From: a virus
Reading direction: 5' to 3' (one strand)
IMG/VR virus record: IMGVR_UViG_3300024983_000001
Location: 136,745-200,744 of that record
Length of the DNA stretch: 64,000 nucleotides
In this document: piece after piece, positions 53,355 to 63,280 of the stretch
Position numbering within the stretch: the stretch's first letter is position 1
Layout of the letters: the number at the start of each line of letters is the position of its first letter
Notes under the pieces: model-generated
What the model was told of the DNA's origin: nothing
Databases searched by the model: none
What the model saw: the letters and a program-made list of their open reading frames with translations, nothing else
Made by a program: the position numbers and the translations under genes

Positions 53355-54815
53355 ATGACTGACATGCTTACTGGTTTGATCGATGAAACGAATGTAGCTT
53401 TTACTGAAAATGGTGCGCGTGTGTTTGCCACGACCAAATCCAGCATGCTTGACTTTTTCGCCCTCGGTGGTGCGCTGCGCAACCGTGCACATCCCGAAGT
53501 GATTAGTTTGTTTGATAAGGCACTGGCAGAAGACCCGCTGATGGCTGTCAAAGCTATGTTTTACTTCCGTGATGTCCGTGGTGGTCAAGGAGAACGTGAT
53601 ACTTTCCGTGTACTCATCCAGCACATGGCAAGTGTAGCACCAGATACCCTCCGCAAAAACCTTGTATACATTCCTTATTTTGGCCGCTGGGATGATCTGT
53701 ATGCTCTTGTTGGCACGAGTGTTGAGGATGACGTGTTTGCACTTATTGGTAAACAGTTTACCGAAGACCGTTTGAGTGAAACACCGTCCCTAATGGGTAA
53801 GTGGCTCAAGTCCGAAAATGCATCGTCTGATGAAACCAAAAAATTGGGCTATATTACTCGCAAAGCACTTGGATTATCGTCCAAAGAATACCGTTTGGTA
53901 CTGAGCGATCTTCGTCGTAAGGTCAATGTGGTGGAGCGTTTGATTAGTGCCAACAAGTGGGATAACATTGATTATAGTTCATTGCCCTCAAATGCAGGTC
54001 TTTTGTATTCGAAGGCCTTCGGTCGCCACGATGGTGAGCGCTACAAGGCGTTCATTGATGCCGTCAATGCTGGCGAACAAACCATCAACGCGAAAACTTT
54101 ATTTCCGTATGAGTTGGTACGGAAGGCGATGCAAAAGCAATACGACGATGAACCGGCCGATCCGGTATTGGATGCTATGTGGAACAATTTACCGAATTAC
54201 ATGGGTGATACACCCGAGAACTCTATTGCTGTTGTCGATGTGTCGTTCAGTATGTCGGGATTGCCCATGGAAGTAGCCGTTTCTTTGGGTATGTACATAG
54301 CTGAGCGCTCAAAAGGACCATATAAAGATTATTTCATTACGTTTAGCGAATCGCCCCAAATGCAAAAAGTTGAGGGAACGAATTTTGTACAGAAAGTTGC
54401 AAATCTTGTTGATTCGGATTGGGGGATGAACACCGACATCGAGGCTGTATTTGATTTGATTCTCCAGGTCGCGGTCAAGAACAAACTTTCACAAGATGAT
54501 ATGGTAGAACGGTTGTACATCATTTCGGATATGGAATTTGATGATGCAGATAGTCGGGCGTCGAATGAATCTTTGTTTGATGTGATTGCTGATAAGTATA
54601 AACAAGCAGGTTATATTGTACCAAAGCTGGTATTTTGGAACGTGGACTCACGTAATGATCAAACACCCATTACCACCGATCATCGTGGTGTTCAGTTGGT
54701 CAGTGGTTGTTCACCATTCATCTTTACGAGTTTGATGATGCACAAGGATGTTTCTGCTTATGATCTTATGGTTGAAGTGTTGAACAGCGAACGCTACGCA
54801 GCGATTAGTGTTTGA
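53355..54815 (+). CDS. TROVE/vWA protein (DUF2828 family, Ro60-like)
   Basis: TENGA...LDFF...RDVRGGQGER...GRWDDL...GKWL...VVDVSFSM...ISDMEFD...FWNV. Confidence 0.88.
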   Translation: MTDMLTGLIDETNVAFTENGARVFATTKSSMLDFFALGGALRNRAHPEVISLFDKALAEDPLMAVKAMFYFRDVRGGQGERDTFRVLIQHMASVAPDTLRKNLVYIPYFGRWDDLYALVGTSVEDDVFALIGKQFTEDRLSETPSLMGKWLKSENASSDETKKLGYITRKALGLSSKEYRLVLSDLRRKVNVVERLISANKWDNIDYSSLPSNAGLLYSKAFGRHDGERYKAFIDAVNAGEQTINAKTLFPYELVRKAMQKQYDDEPADPVLDAMWNNLPNYMGDTPENSIAVVDVSFSMSGLPMEVAVSLGMYIAERSKGPYKDYFITFSESPQMQKVEGTNFVQKVANLVDSDWGMNTDIEAVFDLILQVAVKNKLSQDDMVERLYIISDMEFDDADSRASNESLFDVIADKYKQAGYIVPKLVFWNVDSRNDQTPITTDHRGVQLVSGCSPFIFTSLMMHKDVSAYDLMVEVLNSERYAAISV

Positions 54816-54822
54816 CAGGTGT

Positions 54823-54896
54823 GGGAGTGTAGTATAATGGCAGTGCAACGGTCTCCAAAATCGTTAGTGGGAGTTCAATCCTCTCCACTCCCGCCA
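54823..54896 (+). tRNA. tRNA-Trp(CCA)
   Basis: GGGAGTG/CACTCCC, loop CTCCAAA, GCCA. Confidence 0.93.
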
Positions 54897-54991
54897 CCCT
54901 AATGTTGTCGTTGACACTAAAATGAAATAATCGTATTATAATATTTGCTGATTGATAAAATAATATCAACAATACTTTTTAGGAGAATAAA

Positions 54992-55201
54992 ATGGCTACA
55001 AAATTTAATCGTTATAATGCGGGTAACACTTTCGTGATTCCTGCTGGTACCAAGGTTCGCGTTAATGGCGATGTTCGTACCCAATATGCAACCCGTACCG
55101 TAACCGCAACCGGTATTCGTTCAACCCGCCTGGCTACTGGGGCACTCAAGACTGAAGTGCTTTGGAAGTCCAATGGTTATACTGCTGCTGCAGTTATCTA
55201 A
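54992..55201 (+). CDS. hypothetical protein
   Basis: ORF+AGGAG RBS behind promoter. Confidence 0.75.
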   Translation: MATKFNRYNAGNTFVIPAGTKVRVNGDVRTQYATRTVTATGIRSTRLATGALKTEVLWKSNGYTAAAVI

Positions 55202-55321
55202 AAATAACCCTGCCGTGTGAAGCATGAAACCCACTTTTTGTGGGTTTCACTTTTTGGTTGTTTGATTTTTACAAATTCTGTATGATAATTAGTATAGATT
55301 AAATTTAATTAGGGGCTCACA

Positions 55322-55651
55322 ATGATTATCAGATACAACAAAAATGCACTAAAAGCTGCTGCAAAACACATTTGGAAAAATAATCCTAGCGTGCATCGGT
55401 GGCCAGATGCACCAACATCCAAAGAGGGTGTTGAAGAACGAATTAAGGCGGATATGTATCGTTATGCTCAATATAACATTCGTTCCATATTGGCCGGAAC
55501 CGCGGACACCGATTGGCAAAAAGTTGTTGGAACGGGGGGATATTTTTTTGTTTTTTCTTCCGACGACGACAATGAAATTGATGTTGATATTTTAATTCAG
55601 CCAACATATGATCACAAATTTATTGATGAACCATATGAAATCCGAGATTGA
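55322..55651 (+). CDS. hypothetical protein
   Basis: ORF. Confidence 0.7.
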   Translation: MIIRYNKNALKAAAKHIWKNNPSVHRWPDAPTSKEGVEERIKADMYRYAQYNIRSILAGTADTDWQKVVGTGGYFFVFSSDDDNEIDVDILIQPTYDHKFIDEPYEIRD

Positions 55652-55904
55652 TAAAAAATTTATTCCTCTACACAAACTCACAGGATATCCCGAGTCTGTG
55701 ATTCCTGAAGGTATGTACTGTTATGATTCTAATCGTAGGTGTCCATATTGGAGTATAGTTGAAATGCATCAACAACAGGACAACGGATTCTGCGAATACT
55801 TGGGTCAAGGCGATTGGAACGGTTTTGGTTTACTGTGGGATCAAGTTAAAGAGTGCAATGTAAAAGACAATTATTCCGAAGAGGATTATTATGAAAAAAC
55901 TTAA
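55608..55904 (+). CDS. hypothetical Cys-rich protein (start uncertain)
   Basis: IPEGMYCY...CPYW...LLWDQVKEC. Confidence 0.7.
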   Translation: MITNLLMNHMKSEIDKKFIPLHKLTGYPESVIPEGMYCYDSNRRCPYWSIVEMHQQQDNGFCEYLGQGDWNGFGLLWDQVKECNVKDNYSEEDYYEKT

Positions 55905-56163
55905 AAGAGTAGTAACCACATTCGAGTATGTTATGGTTGTTGACGACGAAGTGGATTATACCGAACAAGTAATAAGGGCTCTTCGATTAAACAAACAGGT
56001 TGCACAGGATTTGTTTTGGGAAGATTTTGATACGGATGTTCGAGATTTGGATGTTAATTATGAAGAGTTGCCATATGGCTGGACAAAAGACTGCATTCCG
56101 TTTGGTGGTGATACGCTGATTGATGAAGGCTACATGACCATCAAAGAAATTATAGGTGATTAA
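55891..56163 (+). CDS. hypothetical protein
   Basis: coupled ORF. Confidence 0.7.
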   Translation: MKKLKRVVTTFEYVMVVDDEVDYTEQVIRALRLNKQVAQDLFWEDFDTDVRDLDVNYEELPYGWTKDCIPFGGDTLIDEGYMTIKEIIGD

Positions 56164-56398
56164 CATGACAAACAAAATCACGAATTTGCTTGACCTTGTT
56201 GAGGTTACAACCGAATCCAGAATCGACATGTGTCGATGTTCCGATTGCCAAACGGATTTTATGATAGATGATCTTGAGTGGAAAATGGACAGCGATGGAT
56301 GGGAATATCCATCGTATAAAATGTATTTGTGTCCCAATTGTCCCGACGGCGTTGGATTGATTGAAGATTTTTGGTCATCTGAAGATGTTGATGACTAA
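56156..56398 (+). CDS. hypothetical zinc-ribbon protein
   Basis: CSDC...CPNC. Confidence 0.65.
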   Translation: MINMTNKITNLLDLVEVTTESRIDMCRCSDCQTDFMIDDLEWKMDSDGWEYPSYKMYLCPNCPDGVGLIEDFWSSEDVDD

Positions 56399-56415
56399 AT
56401 CGTACCCTCTGGTTC

Positions 56416-56880
56416 TTATTTGTAAAACGTTAGTGTATCCACGACGTATGTTCGTTTAAGACGATGGCTCCATGTAGGTCTAACGCGCTGGTCGTGGTAA
56501 TGAGTAGCACCATTCGTAATATCATAATTCTCATTCGATAACCACTCACTGATAGTTTGTTGTGTGACGGTTTTAATTGAGTCCCACACAGTTTCATTAA
56601 TTTTTCGCTTTGGTTCACAATACCAAGAAAATTGGCAGGTGTTTTTAACTTGCTGGTGCACTACCCCGCAAATGGTGTTTGGATATCGTGGATCTTCAAC
56701 ACGATTTATTATAACACTTGCCACTGCACGTTGCATTTGAATGTCGCTTCTGACAGCCTCAAAATAGACAGCATTGGTTAGACAACGGAGTTCTGTTTGT
56801 GGAATATTATTCACGGTTTCAGCGTGTGATGCAAAAGATGTTACCGAAATTAAAAGCAAAAGTATGTACTTAACCATCAT
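56416..56880 (-). CDS. SleB/Hydrolase_2-family cell wall hydrolase
   Basis: CL..AVYFEA...VASVIINRV...YP.TICGVV.Q...QFSW...GATHYH. Confidence 0.9.
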   Translation of the reverse strand: MMVKYILLLLISVTSFASHAETVNNIPQTELRCLTNAVYFEAVRSDIQMQRAVASVIINRVEDPRYPNTICGVVHQQVKNTCQFSWYCEPKRKINETVWDSIKTVTQQTISEWLSNENYDITNGATHYHDQRVRPTWSHRLKRTYVVDTLTFYK

Positions 56881-57152
56881 TTTATCTCCTTGTGGTTGAC
56901 TGATTTAAGGTTGAAGTCCTACGAGAGAACAACGGTGACACACAAAGCATTGTCGTAAACGATAATGTTCGTTTTGTATGACACGAGATACTGCGGGATT
57001 ATTTGCTGACGTTATCTTTTATGATAATGTTTTTGATGAAACGTACAATAGTATTTATGCTTCTAAATTTTGAGGTTGAGTCTGGTACAAAATTGCTTTA
57101 TAATAACCATCATATATAGAGTAATCTAAAATTAATACAAAAGGAATCAAAT

Positions 57153-58046
57153 ATGGCAAAATACGAAACTTCAGAAGTGTTCATGAGCATCGAAGGTGAG
57201 GCCAAATACGCCGGGCATCCCACCGTGTATATCCGCTTTGCTAAATGTAATTTTCAGTGTAGAGGTTTTGGTAATCCGGAAAACCTTGACACGACTTCGT
57301 TAGAGGTCCTGGGATTTGACCCAAAGAATTACAAAGACATTTATACAATCCCCCTGATTACGCGTGGGTGTGATTCCATTTATTCGTGGGATGAAAAGTT
57401 TAGTCATATGTGGAAGGTTTCGGACGAGCACGAACTGGGCAACGAGGTACTAAAGGTTCTTCCACATAATAGTTATAACAATCCACAAACTGGCAAACGT
57501 GTTATTTTATCACTTACGGGTGGTGAGCCAACGCTTCGTGCCAAATTCATTCCAACACTACTGAACGCGGATGAGTTTAAAGACGTTGAACACATTCTGA
57601 TTGAAACTAATTGTGCAGTACCACTTCAGTGGAAGTTTATCGAGGCGATGAATCAATGGTTGTGCGCTAATCCCAAACGCAAACTCACTTGGAGCAATAG
57701 TCCCAAATTATCCGATTCTGGCGAGAAGTGGGAAGATGCTATTAAACCCGATGTCGCTGCCAAACAGCGTGTTATAACCGGAAACGTTCCGGGACAAATG
57801 GAGCAGTATTTCAAGTTTGTGTGTGGCCCAACAGAACGTGATTTTGATGAAGTTGCGAAAGCTATGGACGCGTACTATGGTGCTGATATTCCACGTGATA
57901 TTGATGTGTATATCATGCCTATTGCGTGTACAGAGGAACAGCAACAAGCAATTGCGTCCAAGGTTGCAGGCATGTGTATCGACCGTGGGTATATCTATTG
58001 TCACCGTATTCAAAATTCAGTGTTTGGTAATGGTGTAGGAACCTAA
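57153..58046 (+). CDS. queE: 7-carboxy-7-deazaguanine synthase (radical SAM)
   Basis: SIEGE...RFAKCNFQC...GCDS...LTGGEP...IETN...SNSPKL. Confidence 0.9.
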   Translation: MAKYETSEVFMSIEGEAKYAGHPTVYIRFAKCNFQCRGFGNPENLDTTSLEVLGFDPKNYKDIYTIPLITRGCDSIYSWDEKFSHMWKVSDEHELGNEVLKVLPHNSYNNPQTGKRVILSLTGGEPTLRAKFIPTLLNADEFKDVEHILIETNCAVPLQWKFIEAMNQWLCANPKRKLTWSNSPKLSDSGEKWEDAIKPDVAAKQRVITGNVPGQMEQYFKFVCGPTERDFDEVAKAMDAYYGADIPRDIDVYIMPIACTEEQQQAIASKVAGMCIDRGYIYCHRIQNSVFGNGVGT

Positions 58047-58056
58047 GGAACTGACA

Positions 58057-58905
58057 ATGATTTATGATCACATGAACAGCAAGCCGCTGTTTAATTGGCT
58101 ACGCAAAATTTTTAAGGTCGACAAGCCTAATTCTTGCCCAGCAAAGCACTACAAAGAAGGTGATGAAACTTGGGATGAGTGGGACAAACGCATTAAAACA
58201 GCTCAACCGATTGGGTATTTCGTAACTGAAACGTTGCCAGACTTTATTGATGATATAAGGGGCCTGTACAAAAACCCAATAAGTGATTTGAGCGCTTATA
58301 TGTCCAATCGATTCCGGTCGCAAATACATAATTTGCGCACAAGGTTACCTATCGGTAAATATTATGAAGTTGACACCCGCATTTTGTACGGTGTATTCAA
58401 CACGTTGGTAGATTTTATCGAATGTGAAAAAGCTTGGGACCATGTTTCGTGGAATGATGACCACCGGCAAGAGTTTTCGTTGAAGTGGTATCACCGAGTT
58501 CGCGTTGTTAGGTGGTTTTTTGAGTGGCGTAATCCAGAGGCAGGTATTGCAAAACTAAAGTGGGAAATGACGTTGGACAAGCCGGATATCGACGAGTATG
58601 GCAATGATATGAGTAGTCCTCTTCAAGCAGCATCCGCAAAAGAGCAATACGAATTATATAATTGGTGGAAGAATGTACGCCCTAACCGGCCAGATCCGTG
58701 GGCTATAATGACGGGATTTGAACAGCGCATGGCTGAAAAATATCCAGAAGAATCTCACAAACTGTTTTCCGAATATGACGAGGTTGACGAAATCGAACGT
58801 AGTGCATTATATAAACAAATGGATGCGATTGAGCGACAGTATGATGAAGAAGATGAAGCTATGCTTATACGGTTAATTAAAATTAGGAGTCATTTGTGGA
58901 CATGA
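58057..58905 (+). CDS. conserved phage hypothetical protein
   Basis: long ORF ending LIRLIKIRSHLWT. Confidence 0.75.
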   Translation: MIYDHMNSKPLFNWLRKIFKVDKPNSCPAKHYKEGDETWDEWDKRIKTAQPIGYFVTETLPDFIDDIRGLYKNPISDLSAYMSNRFRSQIHNLRTRLPIGKYYEVDTRILYGVFNTLVDFIECEKAWDHVSWNDDHRQEFSLKWYHRVRVVRWFFEWRNPEAGIAKLKWEMTLDKPDIDEYGNDMSSPLQAASAKEQYELYNWWKNVRPNRPDPWAIMTGFEQRMAEKYPEESHKLFSEYDEVDEIERSALYKQMDAIERQYDEEDEAMLIRLIKIRSHLWT

Positions 58906-59186
58906 ATAAAGTTAAAGTTATGGTGGTCGGCACGACAGGTAGTGGAAAGACCACGATTGCACATCGCATCGCGCGCACACTACAGGCATATGGCATCGAC
59001 GTAAATGTTGTTGATGTTATTGACGATTCTTTTGTTGAGGATTATGTGCAAGAGGGTGATAGGACTCGGTTTGATTGGGCGTTATCTGACCGACTCACAA
59101 ATCTTGCCAATAATGTTGAAGTGACAGTTGAGACCAAAACAGCGCGTAAAGAAAATTCCTCAAGTAGCGGAGAAACAAATGAATAA
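58896..59186 (+). CDS. small P-loop protein
   Basis: GTTGSGKT Walker A. Confidence 0.7.
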   Translation: MDMNKVKVMVVGTTGSGKTTIAHRIARTLQAYGIDVNVVDVIDDSFVEDYVQEGDRTRFDWALSDRLTNLANNVEVTVETKTARKENSSSSGETNE

Positions 59187-59658
59187 ACTTACTATTACAA
59201 TTGCTGGGCCGACTGGTTCAGGCAGAACTACTCTAGCTTATTACGTAGCAGAAATCCTCAAAGATGATGGTTTGGATGTTGAGGTTCATGATGAGGACGA
59301 CGACACTTTTGTTGTCAGATATAAAGAAACGGATAACAAATATGCATTTTTTGATCGCATCTCAAGAAATCTGGCGGAAATAGCAAAGAATACACAAGTT
59401 GTTATAGAAACAAAACAAACAACACGTCGCACGGCAGATCCAACACAACCTAACCTTACCACCGAATATGAGTGGTCTTCGGCCGGTGGGACAGCATGGA
59501 TGCCTTGTAGGATCATAGCGGCAGTGGGCTCATCACCGGCGCTTGAACCAAACAAAGTTAAAATTTGGTTCGACCCGTTTAATGATGGGGTTGGTGAAGT
59601 GGTGACAACAGATGTGGACAGAATCCGCTACGTTAACAATAAAAATAAAGGAAAATAA
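59179..59658 (+). CDS. small P-loop protein paralogue with C-terminal extension
   Basis: GPTGSGRT Walker A. Confidence 0.7.
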   Translation: MNKLTITIAGPTGSGRTTLAYYVAEILKDDGLDVEVHDEDDDTFVVRYKETDNKYAFFDRISRNLAEIAKNTQVVIETKQTTRRTADPTQPNLTTEYEWSSAGGTAWMPCRIIAAVGSSPALEPNKVKIWFDPFNDGVGEVVTTDVDRIRYVNNKNKGK

Positions 59659-60108
59659 ATGGCAAAATTTCAAAGTACAAAAACGTTCGATCATAACTTA
59701 GGTTTCTCCTGTGCCTTCCGCCAATGGCGCGCAGATAGTCACTGTAGTTTTGTTCATGGTTATCCCCTAAGTTTCAAGTTTGTGTTTGGGGCAAATGAGT
59801 TGGATGGTCGAAATTGGGTAGTAAATTTTGGTGGACTTAAAGAAATTAAAAAGTGGTTAGAGTATATGTTTGATCACACATATTGTGCGGCTGATGATGA
59901 TCCCGAACTTGAAACATTCAAATTGTTGCATGAAAAAAAGCTAATTGATCTGCGAATAATTCCTGGTGGAGTTGGTTGTGAACGAACTGCTGAACTCGTA
60001 GGTAATTATGTTAACGACTATGTAGTGAAGGAATCTGGAGGGCGGTGTTGGGTGGAAAGTTGTGAAGTGCGTGAACACAGCGCTAATAGTGCCATTTACT
60101 TCCCATAA
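59659..60108 (+). CDS. queD: QueD/PTPS-family protein
   Basis: HC..VHGY...WVVNFGGLK...FDH...VREH..NSA. Confidence 0.85.
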   Translation: MAKFQSTKTFDHNLGFSCAFRQWRADSHCSFVHGYPLSFKFVFGANELDGRNWVVNFGGLKEIKKWLEYMFDHTYCAADDDPELETFKLLHEKKLIDLRIIPGGVGCERTAELVGNYVNDYVVKESGGRCWVESCEVREHSANSAIYFP

Positions 60109-60182
60109 AAATGGGCATATAATAACAAAATTACATTCTATTAATGCCACAAATATGTGCAAATAATAATTTAGGAGAAGAA

Positions 60183-60812
60183 ATGGGAAAGCATACAATT
60201 GATAAACAGTTTGATTTTTGTTATGGACATCGTGTTTATACACAACGACTAAATGAAAGTCTTTGCTCCACAGGAGATACGAGCACAAAATGTAGGCACT
60301 TACATGGCCATCAAGGTAAAGTACACGTTTTTGTGGAAAGTGATTTTCTTGACGATCGTGGCATGTGTGTCGATTTTAAAGAAATGGGTTGGATTAACGA
60401 TTTTCTTGATACATATTTGGATCATAAATTCATCATTGATGTTAATGATCCTCTGTATTCCAATATCGTCACGGATGGTATAGAACGAGCATTGCGTGCA
60501 GAAACTAGACTATTTGGTTCAGGCACCTTTCTTAAAATGCCGTCGTTAGAGGACATTCCGTTTGAAGATGTGTGCATTCCAGGTTCAGGTACAGTTGTTG
60601 GCAAACGCATTAACTGCGATAAGTTATCAAAAGGTCCCGATCGTGAATATGTAGAGGGATTTTTTGTGGTCGATTTTGTGCCTACCAGCGAAAACTTATC
60701 AAAGTGGTTGTATGATATCGTGTCTGAAAGAATGAAAGCAATCAACGCAAAAGTATCACGAGTCGATTGGTGGGAAACCCCCAAAAGTCGTGCATCGTAT
60801 ACAGGAGAATGA
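60183..60812 (+). CDS. queD: QueD/PTPS-family protein, second paralogue
   Basis: FCYGHRV...CRHLHGH...GMCVDF...LDHKF...PTSENL...WETP. Confidence 0.85.
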   Translation: MGKHTIDKQFDFCYGHRVYTQRLNESLCSTGDTSTKCRHLHGHQGKVHVFVESDFLDDRGMCVDFKEMGWINDFLDTYLDHKFIIDVNDPLYSNIVTDGIERALRAETRLFGSGTFLKMPSLEDIPFEDVCIPGSGTVVGKRINCDKLSKGPDREYVEGFFVVDFVPTSENLSKWLYDIVSERMKAINAKVSRVDWWETPKSRASYTGE

Positions 60813-61783
60813 TTTTGTCTTTTGATGATAAAGTACAGGGCGGATTATACGGGTTGTTGGTTGGAGATGCATGTGGTGTACCGTATGAATTTAAAAGCAA
60901 AAACGATATTCCTAAATTGGAGGATATTGGTATAATTCCACCAACATACTACAAGAAGCGGTCGTATCAACAAATCCCGGTCGGAACATGGTCTGATGAT
61001 GGGGCGCAGGCGTTGTGTTTGCTGTCCGCCTTGATTGAATCACCAGATTCGTTCGACATTCAGAATTTTGCTAACAAACTAACAGCGTGGTTGTATTCAG
61101 GATACCTTGCAGTTGATAATAACGTGTTTGATGTGGGAATTCAAACTGCAAAGGCACTTGATATGGTTCGAAGAGGGGTCAGCATAGAAGCTGCAGCAAC
61201 GAACGATGAGAGATATAATGGCAACGGCTCCTTGATGAGGGTATTACCGATTGCACTTTGGTACACCGAACGCTCGATGACACATAAAAATTTGGTTGAT
61301 ATTTTTGTTAATGCACAATTACAGTCTACTCCAACACATCCTCATATACGATCCAGGTTAGTATGTGGCATATATGCTCTAATGGCCAGTTTTTTGTTGC
61401 AGGGACAATCGATCTGTGGATCATTGGAATTGGCACTTCGGGCTGCCGATGAGTTTGTAACAAATGCAGAGATGCGCAAAGAACTTCAATTAATAGTGGA
61501 TGCTGAAAATAATGAAATCACGGGCAGTGGTTATGTTGTTGATTCATTCTGGTCTGCCGTATATGCAGCTCGTACGACGTCTACATATAAGGAAGCTATT
61601 CAAACTGCCATAAGTTTTGGCAACGATACAGATACGACTGCTTGTATTACAGGCGGCTTGGTTGGTATATATTATGGATACACCAACCTACCAGCTGATT
61701 GGTTGAGTGTGTTGCGTGGACAAGATTTAGTTAAGCCGCTTGCACAGAAGTTGTCATTAAGACACAAGTTGAAAGGAGAATAA
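60809..61783 (+). CDS. ADP-ribosylglycohydrolase (DraG family)
   Basis: GLLVGDA.GVPYEF, WSDD, GNGSLMR, NDTDTTACITG. Confidence 0.92.
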   Translation: MILSFDDKVQGGLYGLLVGDACGVPYEFKSKNDIPKLEDIGIIPPTYYKKRSYQQIPVGTWSDDGAQALCLLSALIESPDSFDIQNFANKLTAWLYSGYLAVDNNVFDVGIQTAKALDMVRRGVSIEAAATNDERYNGNGSLMRVLPIALWYTERSMTHKNLVDIFVNAQLQSTPTHPHIRSRLVCGIYALMASFLLQGQSICGSLELALRAADEFVTNAEMRKELQLIVDAENNEITGSGYVVDSFWSAVYAARTTSTYKEAIQTAISFGNDTDTTACITGGLVGIYYGYTNLPADWLSVLRGQDLVKPLAQKLSLRHKLKGE

Positions 61784-61786
61784 ACA

Positions 61787-61969
61787 GTGCCAATTTATCA
61801 ATACAAATGTAGCAAATGTGGTCATGAAGAAGACCTTTTACAAAAGATGAGTGATGAGCCGGTAGTGGTTTGTCCGAGTTGCAAAAAGAAAACTTTTAGC
61901 AAACAAATAACCACCAACCACAGCTTCAACCTTAAGGGATCTGGTTGGTACAAAAGGGGTATATCATAA
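61787..61969 (+). CDS. FmdB-family zinc-ribbon protein
   Basis: MPIYQYKC..CGH...CPSC...F.LKGSGWY. Confidence 0.9.
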   Translation: MPIYQYKCSKCGHEEDLLQKMSDEPVVVCPSCKKKTFSKQITTNHSFNLKGSGWYKRGIS

Positions 61970-62244
61970 TGGTGTGGGTTAAAGTAGGTAAAGGACTTGA
62001 AATTGTTAATTTAAGTCGTGCAACACGACTTTATATTGTAGATCAATCAACAAGAGGTCGGGGGGTTGATATTATTGCGGACTTTAGTGAACAACGACAG
62101 TTGGTTATAGACAGAGTTGATTCTATGCCAGCAGCTATTTCACTATTGGATGATTACCATAAGCGACTCACCACTGTTGAAACAGTGGTGAATAATGTAT
62201 CCCCTGTTGTACCAAAGGCCCCGCCAAAGAAAAAGGCAAAATAA
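61969..62244 (+). CDS. hypothetical protein
   Basis: coupled ORF. Confidence 0.65.
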   Translation: MVWVKVGKGLEIVNLSRATRLYIVDQSTRGRGVDIIADFSEQRQLVIDRVDSMPAAISLLDDYHKRLTTVETVVNNVSPVVPKAPPKKKAK

Positions 62245-62305
62245 ATGTTGTGCTTTAATTAATAATTGTGTATGATGCCAGCATCAAATTTACTTGGAGT
62301 TGGAA

Positions 62306-62620
62306 ATGAAATTCCTTGATGGATTAATCGGAACAGCTGGCGTATTCCTAGAGCGTAAAGTAACACTTGACGTTGTTGATGGCATGTACGAACTTGCTGT
62401 TCAGCAATGGGGTGCTCGTGAATCAGCAAAATTGGATACTGAAGCGGTGCATGAATTGACAAGAATTGTTGCTGATTCCAATTATCGACACAACGGCGTT
62501 GATCTTTGTGTTCAGCAGAAATATGGCGTAATAACATTAACCGTTCCGGCTTGGGCCGTGAAACAATTACACCACGATATGGTTCATGGCAATATTTGCT
62601 TGCCATTCATTGAATGTTGA
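62306..62620 (+). CDS. hypothetical protein
   Basis: ORF+RBS. Confidence 0.65.
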   Translation: MKFLDGLIGTAGVFLERKVTLDVVDGMYELAVQQWGARESAKLDTEAVHELTRIVADSNYRHNGVDLCVQQKYGVITLTVPAWAVKQLHHDMVHGNICLPFIEC

Positions 62621-62708
62621 TAGTTGTTATATAATTATTAATGTAGTATAATAATGGTGCTTTAAATAAATAGATTTTTTGGTTTTAACTTTTAGTTGGA
62701 GAAATTTT

Positions 62709-62987
62709 ATGGTAATGACGGTTGAAGTGTATGACGAAGCAGAACAAGCAGAAATGCTTGAGCGGGCTGAACGTGAAGCGAGTGAAGCAGAGGTTCGGGC
62801 GAAAGTGTTTCAAGGCACCAAAGAAGACGCAATGTTGTTGGTAGTGAAAGGCAAAGAGTGTGAAGATTGTGGTGATGAAATTCCTGTAGACCGTCAAGTT
62901 GCGTCACCACTGTCGAAGTATTGTGCAAGTTGTCAAACATGGATTGAAGAGGCAGAGCGCCGTCGCAAGTTGCTTCAAGCACAGTAA
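62709..62987 (+). CDS. TraR/DksA C4-type zinc finger protein
   Basis: D.A...E...CEDCGDEIP..R......CASCQ..E. Confidence 0.88.
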   Translation: MVMTVEVYDEAEQAEMLERAEREASEAEVRAKVFQGTKEDAMLLVVKGKECEDCGDEIPVDRQVASPLSKYCASCQTWIEEAERRRKLLQAQ

Positions 62988-63013
62988 CAAATAAATACCC
63001 TTCATAGAGTCTT

Positions 63014-63262
63014 ATGGAGGTGATTATGGATCAGTTTGATGTGATGTTGTTAACACATGATGATGAAGCGGTAATATATCAACCTGTTAAAAATATTTTT
63101 GTTACGACAGATGGTAGCTTTATAACATTGTGGGTTGTTAACGAACGGAGTCGTTGTAAATTTATTCACCGTTTTAGTCAACTCGACAAAGACAAACAGA
63201 TAGATTTAGCAAAAGAATTTGTTAATAAATATTTGGATGATGTTGACTTTGGAAATAAATAG
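63014..63262 (+). CDS. hypothetical protein
   Basis: ORF. Confidence 0.6.
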   Translation: MEVIMDQFDVMLLTHDDEAVIYQPVKNIFVTTDGSFITLWVVNERSRCKFIHRFSQLDKDKQIDLAKEFVNKYLDDVDFGNK

Positions 63263-63280
63263 CGTATAGTATTAAAAATA

